Source of the DNA: Flectonema sp. DT1601
Lineage: Eukaryota
DNA length: 64,000 nt
Direction of reading: 5' to 3'
Assembly (NCBI GenBank): GCA_964019425.1
Contig: OZ025796.1
Location: 806,001-870,000 of the forward strand
The notes beneath the pieces were generated by a model. That model did not search any database. It saw only the letters and a list, made by a program, of their open reading frames with translations, and had not been told where the DNA came from. Below, piece by piece: positions 10,190 to 19,416 of this stretch. The translations under genes and the position numbers were made by a program. Position 1 is the stretch's first letter, and every line of letters begins with the position of its first letter.

Positions 10190-12896
10190 CTAGGAAGAGT
10201 TACCGTACCCAGCTGTGCTTAGGTGGGTAGTGATCAGATGCTCAAAGGCTTCTGCTCTGGTCTTGTCTGCTTCTCTAAGCATCGCAACCTTTACAAGTGC
10301 TTCAATGAATTCCTCGAAAACCAAATCTTGGTCAACAGTGATGCTGTACTTTACATTAAAGTTATCAGGTCCGCACACAAGAGCTGAGAGTGCTGATTTT
10401 CTATTCCGACGACGTTCTTCCGCATCCATATCCTCTTGAATTCCAACTACAAATGAAGACCTTCTGCTGGACATTACGTCTCCAGGTATTACTGGAGATG
10501 GTGTGCGGGATTGACATGTTATTGAATTAGCTGCTGTTTTTGTTTTATTTTAATTTAGAACTTTATAAAAACAACTTTATAAAAATCGTTAACAATAACA
10601 ACAACAACACACCTTCTACAGCAGAGTTGGGTCGACTGCTTTTCGTGAACTCAAACTGATCGCGGAATTCTGAAGACTCTCTCGAGCGGGCTTTCTTCCT
10701 GTCAGACTTCAGGTTTCTGGATTGCAAGACACTGATACTCATTCCACGTTGTGTTGAAGCAGCATGCGAATGACTTGCGTGTAGCTCTCCTTCATTTCTA
10801 CCAAACTGTTCTACAGAAGGAACTGACAGTAGTGGAGCTGATACTTCAAACAACTGAAGCACACTTTGCATTGAGAGATTATCATTTAATATGTTTGTTT
10901 CTTTTAGAAGAGTTAGAAACTGTCTAACAGTGACTACCGTGTCATTTTGATGTCTCTTTTGATAAACATCAAGACCTCGATAACATCTCTTTGAGTACAA
11001 ACTAAATAACATTCGAAGGATATCATTATGAGATGTGATCACATCCTCTACTCTTGAGGACTCACTTAAGAAGTTAGAATCTGTTGTTGTTCTAATGTCT
11101 GACTGTAGGCACAGTGTTAGCTTATCAGAGAGAGAGAGAGTTGGATGCATTCGATATTTTGCGTTGGCAATTCGGACTATCGCTTCTGTAAATTCCCTAA
11201 AATATAAATACGCATTTCCTACATGAATATCATTTGAGGTAGAGTACCACGGACCTGGAGTTTGATTCTGCACGCTGCTGTGTCTTTCACTCTTTTTCTT
11301 ACCTCCTTTACTACTTGTTCCACTTGCTCTTCGTAAACTTTGCTGAACAATTGACATTCTGTGTGTTCGCGATGGCTGATGTGATAACATGCTGGCGGGT
11401 ACGTCGACTATTTTTGATTTTCTTCTCATATTTATTGCAGAGCCTTGGTTAGGTTCAGTTGGAACAGGTAGGGAAGCATCCACAGTCCCAGACGGAGTGT
11501 TTAGATTCACAGATTTAGTATCGTCACATCTCTTTTCATTAAAAACTGATGCGCTCTCAACCGAAGCGACATTAGCATTCTGTCTTGTGTATGATGAACC
11601 AGACATTGAACCTAATCGAGGAGCACCTGGTGGTGGTATCGGATCAAGGTGAACAAGAGCTCTCGCATGTGGCTGACTATGAAAGTGAAGGAACACTCGA
11701 TCTAAATCAGCTATGGTGAGGCTTCCGTCAGCTGAGACTAGATTAGTGTCTTTCGAAAGCCTCCAGAACTGCAACATACTCATCGCAGTCAGATGGTCTT
11801 TTCGACCCTTCTCAGCACCAACACCACCAACACCAGAATAGTGATTATAAAGCCTTCGTAATTCCCAATAATGTCTTGAGATGAGGCAGTCAATCTTTCC
11901 AGCTGTTTTCTTCTTATCCGTTTCAGCTATTAACAAGTCATCGATATGGAGTGGAACAAATCTACACACAGACGGCTGCTCTGCGGGTTGCATAGGCTGC
12001 AAAGGTTTATCGTCCACAAACTCACCACAATAAGACTCACCGCTATGGAGGAGGTAGGTACCTTGTCCGTGCTTAATATTATCTTTCCATTCTCCCTCGT
12101 AGCGAGAGCCGTCGCTGTAGCAGAAAAGTCCGTGGCCGTGTCGGGTATTTGCCTTGAATGTACCTTTGTAGTAATTAGCTGTTTCAGTTGAGTTGCCGCT
12201 GTAGAACCAGTGAGTACCGATACCATCCATGTTGCCATCTTTCCAATCTCCAGTGTACTGTTCCAAGAGATTGTTGTTTTGAAACCATTTCATAGTTCCC
12301 GTTCCGTGACGTTTGTTGTCTAACCAATCACCATCATAGATAGAACCTGATTTATAACGTTGCTTTCCCTTTCCTGTTTTCCTATTCATCAAGAATGCTC
12401 CTTCGTAATAAGACAGACTGCAGTAGTGTAATATACCAAAGCCGTGTTTCTTTCCTTGATTCCAATCACCAACATATGATTCACCTGTCGCCTTTCGGCG
12501 ATATGTCCCATTTCCATTTCTTACTCCATTTAATAATTCTCCTTCGTATGTGTCTCCACTTTTGTAGTGGTATGTTCCTTTTCCGGTTAATCGGTTTTGG
12601 TGAGTCTCGCCTTTGTATCGTTGTCCGTCTTGCCATTGGATCTCTCCCTCTCCATTAAATAAACATCCACTGTAGGAACCTCTATATTGATACCCGACGT
12701 TGTACTCTCCTTGTCCGTATCCTTCAAACTCTCCATTACTGTTTAGTGAACCACCGTAGGCATTCATTACTAATTTCATCATTTCGGGGTCACATGGTCG
12801 TTCGAGACCAGGAGGTTCTAAAAGGGAGTATATATCAGACGGAGGTTGAGGTGGACCCTGAGGTACTGAATACCACGTAATGTCTGGTCCTAACAT
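10190..12896 (-). CDS. MORN-repeat protein, radial spoke head 10B (RSPH10B)-like, 2 exons
   Basis: About 10 MORN repeats (Y.G.W..GK.HG.G...Y). C-terminal motifs MSMLQFWRL, FREFTEAIVRIA and LVFEEFIEALVKVA. Intron 10534-10612 fuses ORFs 10563-12896 and 10190-10474 in frame. Confidence 0.85.
10534..10612 (-). other. GT-AG cis-intron (79 nt; tandem CAGCAG acceptor, alternative AG at 10531)
   Basis: GAAG|GTGTGT...ATAAAACAAAAACAG|CAGCT; spliced product reads AVEAANSITCQSRTPSPVIPGDVMSSRR. Confidence 0.85.
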
Positions 12897-13279
12897 TTTC
12901 TGTTAGGATTCTGTTAATACAAAGTAAATAGAAAATATGCGTTTCGAGTTACTCAGAAAAATCTCCAGTTCATACGTTTTCCTGATTAGAACGAAATGAA
13001 GATGAACGTTTTCTTGTTTTCTAAAATAATCAGGTAGGAGGACCTCTAAGCGCAAAAAAGTTTTATTCAAAAAAAAAAAAAAAAAAAAAAAAAATAGAAA
13101 AACTACTGCGCGAGTAGTACAATTGTCCAGGAGGAGGGAATTTAGATCTATGGATTAACAAAAATAGGTTTTGACAACTAAATAAAAATAAAAAAAAAAA
13201 GACAAAAATATGTAGCAGTTTTAATACAACGAAAAGAAAACTATTTTAGTTTTTCAATTCATAAGGTGGGCGTTACTTT

Positions 13280-13996
13280 TTATTTCTCATTAAAAGGAAT
13301 GTTAGTTCTGACGTACATAAATAAATCTCCTGAGTGGTCAGTCCACTCAACGTCTCCAGCATTCCATTTGAATTTTGTTTTTTCAAAGTATTCAGTAGCA
13401 CCAGTGTTTTCACTATCTGGCATTAAATCACGCATTAGGAAAACTCGAGCACCAGGCTTGAGGCGATAGAGTTGACCAAGCATAAAGGCGTTTACCGTAA
13501 TTGGAAATAAAAAGTTTGAACACCAGAGTATGTCAGTGTCAGAGGTAATAGCTGGAAGCTCTACTCTAAGATCACCCTCAACATATTTGATTGTCGGCTG
13601 GTGCAGATTAGATTCTGATCGGAAGGCACGAAATTTTGATTCTGCTTCTCGCGCGACATCAAGATTACACTTTGCGATTTCAATTCCAGTACAGCGACAT
13701 CCAAAACGAGTTGCAACATGAGCTATTATGTTACCAGTTCCACAACCAGCATCTACAAAGTGATCACTAGGTTTTGCATTCATCATTTTCATTACTCTAT
13801 CAATAAGAGGATCAAGTGTATATTTTGGACACTTCGCCCATCCCAGCATCTTTCTCTTCTTTTCACAGGCAGAGTAAACAGCAGCTTTCATTGCTGAGAT
13901 TTCCTTCACTGTTGGGATTTTATTCTTCTCCTTCTTCAACTGCTTGCCGCCGATGCGGGTGACCGAATCTAATGAAAGGCGGGAGGCTCTCACCAT
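13280..13996 (-). CDS. DOT1: Kinetoplastid-type DOT1 histone H3 lysine methyltransferase
   Basis: SAM motif FVDAGCGTGN, CTGIEI, LWCSNFLF and C-terminal VEWT..G..F.Y, as in the compact trypanosomatid DOT1A/B enzymes. Confidence 0.85.
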   Translation of the reverse strand: MVRASRLSLDSVTRIGGKQLKKEKNKIPTVKEISAMKAAVYSACEKKRKMLGWAKCPKYTLDPLIDRVMKMMNAKPSDHFVDAGCGTGNIIAHVATRFGCRCTGIEIAKCNLDVAREAESKFRAFRSESNLHQPTIKYVEGDLRVELPAITSDTDILWCSNFLFPITVNAFMLGQLYRLKPGARVFLMRDLMPDSENTGATEYFEKTKFKWNAGDVEWTDHSGDLFMYVRTNIPFNEK

Positions 13997-14464
13997 AGTT
14001 TTCTTTTTTTTTTTTTGATCTAATAATTGCTTTTATAAAGTGATTGACACAAAAGTTGAGTTGATATTAAAAGAAGTTAATGAACTAGTGAGATGGGTTT
14101 TTTTTTCCCTTTTTTTTCCTGCATTAGATGCGTAGCTGGGGGGAAAAAAAAGGCAATATAAATATTTCCAACAATACAAAACAAAATCATCAAATCGAAA
14201 CATTCTTTTGTTAGGACTGCACAGCAGCAAACACTACGGTGGAAAAACAAAACAATTAAAACAATAAAAGGCATCAAAACATCCTTTTGTAAAATTGTTC
14301 ATTCTCTGCAAAACAGACTGTCACATGTTGCAGTTGGCTTCTTTCAACTAATAAAATGAATAGACTCCCTGCATTCGGAGGACGTGACTCTACAAGATGA
14401 GTACGGAGTTGTTCCATAATCTGTTCTTCCAAATTAAAGTGAGTTGAATCGCTCAACTGCCTGT

Positions 14465-15547
14465 CTACGAAATCGGAGCAACAAAGTTCAGAGATCCTCG
14501 GACTGGTTGCTTTACTGGCCAGTCACCAATATGAGTATCCTTTGAACCATTGTAATAAGACTTATCACGTTGATTCTCAAATACAGACCACGTTTTATAC
14601 TCAACAGCAGTAGCTGTTGGGATCGCACGCATGTAGTCTTCGAACTTTGTGTTTCCGTTTCCTTGAAGAATTCGATGTGGACTTGGAGTAGGATCTTGAG
14701 GATTGAATCCCATCGTTGATTGAGCTTTGTGAGGATGGCGACCCATAAACTGAAGATGGTCATCAAGTAAGTTATATTTCTCCTGACTACGAAGTTCTGG
14801 GTAGTACGCTGGATTCGCTTTGTGCATACCAAATGGAGATGGTCTGTTATTCCAAGGCCCGTGATCAGATCCAGTTTCAACTTTATCGATAACTGCTCTA
14901 CTCTCAGCGAATAGTGGCAGTTCCCATCTTGGGGGAGATGGATGTCCTTCTGTAAATCTACTAATTGGTAACTTCTCTAGTTTTAGGTCTTCAGAAACGT
15001 AGCTCGCATCGTTCATCCGACAAATCTCTTGAATCGCATTATAGACATCAATACAATTCTTATCCCACGTACTTCTCATTAGTTTAGCATGCCAGTGATC
15101 TTGCATACCCCATGTCATTAATCCTTGTATTGTAACGTAACCTTCTGCTTTCTTTGTTTTGTAGTGAAACATTGAAGGGCGTGTCCAACCTTTGTCTTGG
15201 CACTGTCGGAAGCTGAGTATCGGTCCTAAATTATCCATTGAACCGCTGTATGGGTTTCGAACTACTGCGTCAGCGTTTCGAGATATTAGTAACCAGTTGG
15301 TTAACTTTCCCTTTCCTGCTGCTGGGTACTGTCCAGGGTTTAGTCTTACTCCGCAAAGTCGATCACGTAGTTCAGATTCATCTTTCGGTATTTGATACCA
15401 TTCACCATTACCTGGTACGAACCATTTTGGGAAAGTCTTTTCATCTGTCGCATCGAACCCCTCGTGACCCTTATCAGGTCTAACACCTCCTCTCCATAGT
15501 GCAGCTGATCGCTGTGATACACCAGACACTCGTCTGGCTATTGACAT
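14465..15547 (-). CDS. Hypothetical protein (360 aa) with putative mitochondrial presequence
   Basis: ORF with Arg/Ser-rich acid-free N-terminus MSIARRVSGVSQRSAALWRGG; W/P/G-rich body; no domain recognised. Confidence 0.7.
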   Translation of the reverse strand: MSIARRVSGVSQRSAALWRGGVRPDKGHEGFDATDEKTFPKWFVPGNGEWYQIPKDESELRDRLCGVRLNPGQYPAAGKGKLTNWLLISRNADAVVRNPYSGSMDNLGPILSFRQCQDKGWTRPSMFHYKTKKAEGYVTIQGLMTWGMQDHWHAKLMRSTWDKNCIDVYNAIQEICRMNDASYVSEDLKLEKLPISRFTEGHPSPPRWELPLFAESRAVIDKVETGSDHGPWNNRPSPFGMHKANPAYYPELRSQEKYNLLDDHLQFMGRHPHKAQSTMGFNPQDPTPSPHRILQGNGNTKFEDYMRAIPTATAVEYKTWSVFENQRDKSYYNGSKDTHIGDWPVKQPVRGSLNFVAPIS

Positions 15548-15660
15548 AGTTCTGTTTTACTTTTCCTATTTAAGTATAATTTATAAAAATAAAATCATAA
15601 TCTTCTTTTTTTTTTCCAATCACCCATGCGATCGAAAAAACAAACATAACGGCAGAAGTT

Positions 15661-16461
15661 TCACAATCTCGCCTTCTTCCACACTAATTTCTCAAGAATA
15701 GAATCAGTATTAATAAAGGGAAGATGTTTAACAATTGGAAGTAATCTCAACTTAGGCGGTAAGTAGACTCGACGTGATTTTTTTAATACAGCAGCAAATA
15801 TCTTATTAACCACACTATCTAGAGTCAGCTCTGAAGAAGATCCCGTGTGAGCTACCGGAGCGTTAGTTCCTGAAGTCATTCCCTTGGCACGTAAATTAGT
15901 ACCAGAAACACTTACGATAAATACTTCTGTCAAAGTTATTGTGTGATTTTTATCCGCAACGAGAGTCTCACAAAGTACATTTAAAGCTGCCTTCGATGCG
16001 CAATATGCCGCCCGTCCCGGAAGTCCAACCAGCCCAGATGCGGAATTAATTACAACCAAATGTGATTGTGACATATTCATTAACGGTAGTAGTGTTGTAA
16101 TTACGTTGAGGCATCCGCTAAAATTAACAGACATCATTTTATTATAAATTGCCATCGTTTCGGGAGTACCATCCCAGGCACTACCATTCAGTTGATGACC
16201 ACCGATACCAACAGTCAGGTATACTAAATTAATCATTCGTGTACCCATTGCTTGTACCATTCTTCTACAGCTTTCTAAACTAGTTATGTCTGTAGGTATG
16301 AGTTGGCAGCCCCGTCCTCCAGATGCTTTTGTCTCCATGTCAGCTTCTATCAAATCGTTCTTTGTTCTCGCTGCGAGGATAACTTCGTGTCCCATTGCCG
16401 CATGTTTAACGGCCAGTCCTCTTCCAATACCAGAACTCCCACCAATAATAATTACTCTCAT
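15661..16461 (-). CDS. Short-chain dehydrogenase/reductase with C-terminal PTS1-like signal (-ARL)
   Basis: IIGGSSGIG Rossmann motif, catalytic YCASK (YxxxK), ends WKKARL. Confidence 0.9.
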   Translation of the reverse strand: MRVIIIGGSSGIGRGLAVKHAAMGHEVILAARTKNDLIEADMETKASGGRGCQLIPTDITSLESCRRMVQAMGTRMINLVYLTVGIGGHQLNGSAWDGTPETMAIYNKMMSVNFSGCLNVITTLLPLMNMSQSHLVVINSASGLVGLPGRAAYCASKAALNVLCETLVADKNHTITLTEVFIVSVSGTNLRAKGMTSGTNAPVAHTGSSSELTLDSVVNKIFAAVLKKSRRVYLPPKLRLLPIVKHLPFINTDSILEKLVWKKARL

Positions 16462-16767
16462 TGTAGTGGGTCTTATCCTGGTATAAAATATATGACTAGT
16501 TGATGTAAGTAACTTTACTCTCTCTCAGTTGTGTAATGTTGTGTGGTAATCTGGGTAAGGAAGAACATGTAAATAAGAAAACTAAAACAAAGAAATAATA
16601 ATAATTTCTTGACTCTCTCACAGAGAACACTCAAATAACGAACACTGCAGTCGTAAATAATACAAAACTGCACACTGTCAGCTGAAGAGAAGCGGACAGA
16701 GGGAATTGCTTAACAAATTAAAGTCTTTATATAAAATAGTAAACCAACAGTCGATTGTAGTACCTGT

Positions 16768-17787
16768 TTAGTCTCCACCGACTTCAGTCTTCTTAGCAGT
16801 AGTTGGGAATCGATTCACAGTTCTAAATAAGTCACCTTCTTGTAGAACAGACTCGAATTCAAGTATTGGTCTTTCTGATAAAGGTTTCGACTGAGGTAGT
16901 GGTGTTGATTCTTCCCAGAGTGCTTCTGGTACAGTTGGCTCTTGTGAAAGTTGTAAGATATTCTTAAAAGAAGAAATCTTAGGAACTGTCGATGTAATAC
17001 TCTCTACTGGAGTATTTAAACAAGTTCTTTCAATAAGAAGTTGCTGTACCTTTGCAGGTCTCGATTTCGAATCTGCCTTACGCAACGCTGCCATTTCTGT
17101 TATTGCTACAGATGCTCCTTCAAAAGGCTTTGCAGGACATCCAAACTTCTTCCAAGTATTCCAAACAGCTTCTCTAAAAAATTCTCTTTTAGTGATTTGT
17201 TGTCCCATTATTTTACCATTGCGATCTTGTCCAAGTGATCCTGCAATGTGGTTTTCTATTGTAGTAATTAATGACCAAAGTTTTGTTGCTGTTTGATGAA
17301 TCTCACGTTGTCTTGCATGTGATCTTGCTGGGGCATAGTTTGATAGCTCATCCAGGCATTTCATTAATATCGAACTTACTGATACTTGAATAATTAATAA
17401 GATTGATAATCTCTGTTTACTATCTTGTAATGACATTACTGCTGACTCTCCAACTGGCATTCGGGGAATATCAATCGTATTTGGAATGTCAAGTGGTGGA
17501 TCGATTGTTGTCTTTGCAGCGAATTGCTTACAATTCAAATAGCTGTCTTTGATGGCAAGTAGTAGTCGTTGAGCCTGTTGTTTTTTATTGTAATTTACTT
17601 ATACTTTACTTCACACCAGATGATTATAATTACATACCAGTCCATGAACTTGGTCTCCCACCGTTGCGAGAGTCTCACCTGTCTCTGGAATACTTACTAA
17701 TCGTTGAGAGAGTGCCTGTTTTTTTTTTTTTTTTTTTTTTAAGCAAAATACAAACTGATGACTACGAGGGGTCTGGGTAGCCCGCAT
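16768..17787 (-). CDS. Hypothetical protein, probably 3 exons (5' exon uncertain)
   Basis: ORF 16768-17538 extends upstream (AQRLLLAIKDSYLNCKQF) across intron 17575-17637 to exon ALSQRLVSIPETGETLATVGDQVHGL. A tentative first exon MRATQTPRSHQF joins via intron 17716-17751. Confidence 0.6.
17575..17637 (-). other. GT-AG cis-intron (63 nt)
   Basis: CTG|GTATGT...AATAAAAAACAACAG|GCT, phase 0, open on both sides. Confidence 0.78.
17716..17751 (-). other. Putative very short GT-AG intron (36 nt as assembled)
   Basis: GTATTTTGCTT(A)nCAG|GCA; acceptor clear, donor ambiguous, homopolymer length unreliable. Confidence 0.4.
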
Positions 17788-18119
17788 CAGTAAGGACCCA
17801 ATCGCGAAGATTGTAGTTTCATAGTATTGGCTGGAAGTGATCGACTTCCAGCCTCCACCTTGCCCAGAGGCTAACAGGTTGTAAACAACTAAAGAAAATA
17901 AAAGAGAAATGATCTGGGAGTGTGGGGGGAAGGTGAAAAAAAATAAGAAATCTTCAGCAGCTAAGAAATTAGCTGCGAAGAAGGCAGCGCCAAAGAAGTT
18001 GAAGAAGCCAGGCTCTTAAGGCAAGTATGGAAAGAATGGTAGAACACAGTGAAAGCGAATCAGAAACAGCGACCGGTGAAAGTGTTATTATCAAAAACTT
18101 TTTGTTTTCTTCACAAAAT

Positions 18120-18818
18120 CTAACAACATACCTGGAGGTCTCTAATATGCTTTGCTACCGCATCAGTTGGTAAACTGTGATCTTTCTTTGATCGAATATG
18201 ACTGAAAGTATCAGTGAGCTGTTGAGGATCAGGTTGATCAAATTTCTTTGCGAAGTTTAAGTTTTCATTCTGACGAAAGACGTGTTTTAATAAGACGCAG
18301 GCATCATGACGGATGAACCCAACGCGGGCATGGAGAAGTTGAGCCTTACCAAATACTTCAGGTGATAACAGACACCTATGACGAATAGTCTTTGTAGCAC
18401 CAAGCATTCCTTCAAGGAAAACAGTTCTTGAACGAAATGGGATTACTCTACACAAATCAATAACATGTTGTTGATGCATGTAATCAACAACCTTCTCAAG
18501 GATATCATCAGGAGCTATGTCGCTGAGTTCATAATAAAGACTGTAAGGGAGATGTGACATTTCTGTTCCCAGGGATGCTTCTATTCCACTACCTCCTTTT
18601 CCTTGAGCTACAGCTACCGCTTCGTCCATTACTTTCTTAGTTCCTTCCCAACCACTCTCTGTTACTGCTTTTACAATATGCTGCTTCCATATACAAAGTA
18701 TTTCTGCTTTCTTTGATGCTGTTGATGCGGGTCTTTTCTTTGGTGCTTCTTGAGGAGCTTCCCCTTCGGGGGTGTTTCGCTTACCACCACCGGCTGACTC
18801 AGGCGGTTTCCCAGACAT
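18120..18818 (-). CDS. Hypothetical protein (232 aa) with basic NLS-like N-terminal segment
   Basis: ORF containing PKKRP; T-rich AG just upstream of ATG. Confidence 0.7.
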   Translation of the reverse strand: MSGKPPESAGGGKRNTPEGEAPQEAPKKRPASTASKKAEILCIWKQHIVKAVTESGWEGTKKVMDEAVAVAQGKGGSGIEASLGTEMSHLPYSLYYELSDIAPDDILEKVVDYMHQQHVIDLCRVIPFRSRTVFLEGMLGATKTIRHRCLLSPEVFGKAQLLHARVGFIRHDACVLLKHVFRQNENLNFAKKFDQPDPQQLTDTFSHIRSKKDHSLPTDAVAKHIRDLQVCC

Positions 18819-19416
18819 ATTTATTATCTCTCTTAGTCGAGCAAAAAATAGTAATTTTTTTTTTCCCCTTCAACAATTAAAAAAAAAGATTGCCAAAACG
18901 TAGTATCCGTATACAATACAGATAAGGCAGACCTCTTCCACACATACACACCATTACAAAGACAGCAGTATTTGCGCAGAGTCACATACGCCGTACGTAA
19001 TGAATACATTATTTTATCGTTAGAAACGCAACTAAAAACTTAAAACAGATTATGCAGGAACAGCACATGTATTTGTACAAACAGAGTACAAACCGTAAAG
19101 TAACTTATGTTATAAAACCGACTAAACGACTCTTCTTATTTCAAGAGGAGCAAATAATAAATAAATCGAAGAAGAAAACAAAATCTAACAAAGGCGGGAG
19201 AGGTTTTTATTGATAATAAATATATTAATCTCGTAGTGAGCTGATGACTTGCGTCTACCTAATAATTGAAATCAAACGATATGTTCTACAGACAAGTTGG
19301 TAGGATCTTAATCTGATTTGTTTAATGCGTCACGTGGGGGGCATCACAGACCCATTTCTGGATCGAAATTCCAATTATACTCGAAAAAAAAAATAATAAT
19401 AAGGGTAGAGCTACAT

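Noticed and set aside
14274..14456. 60-aa ORF directly after the 14465 stop
   Set aside because: Non-ATG start, no room for an acceptor tract, no recognisable domain; probably 3' UTR
19241..19316. CTGATGA...CTGA box C/D-like pair on the plus strand
   Set aside because: Antisense to the cluster, imperfect box C, no terminal stem or recognisable rRNA guide
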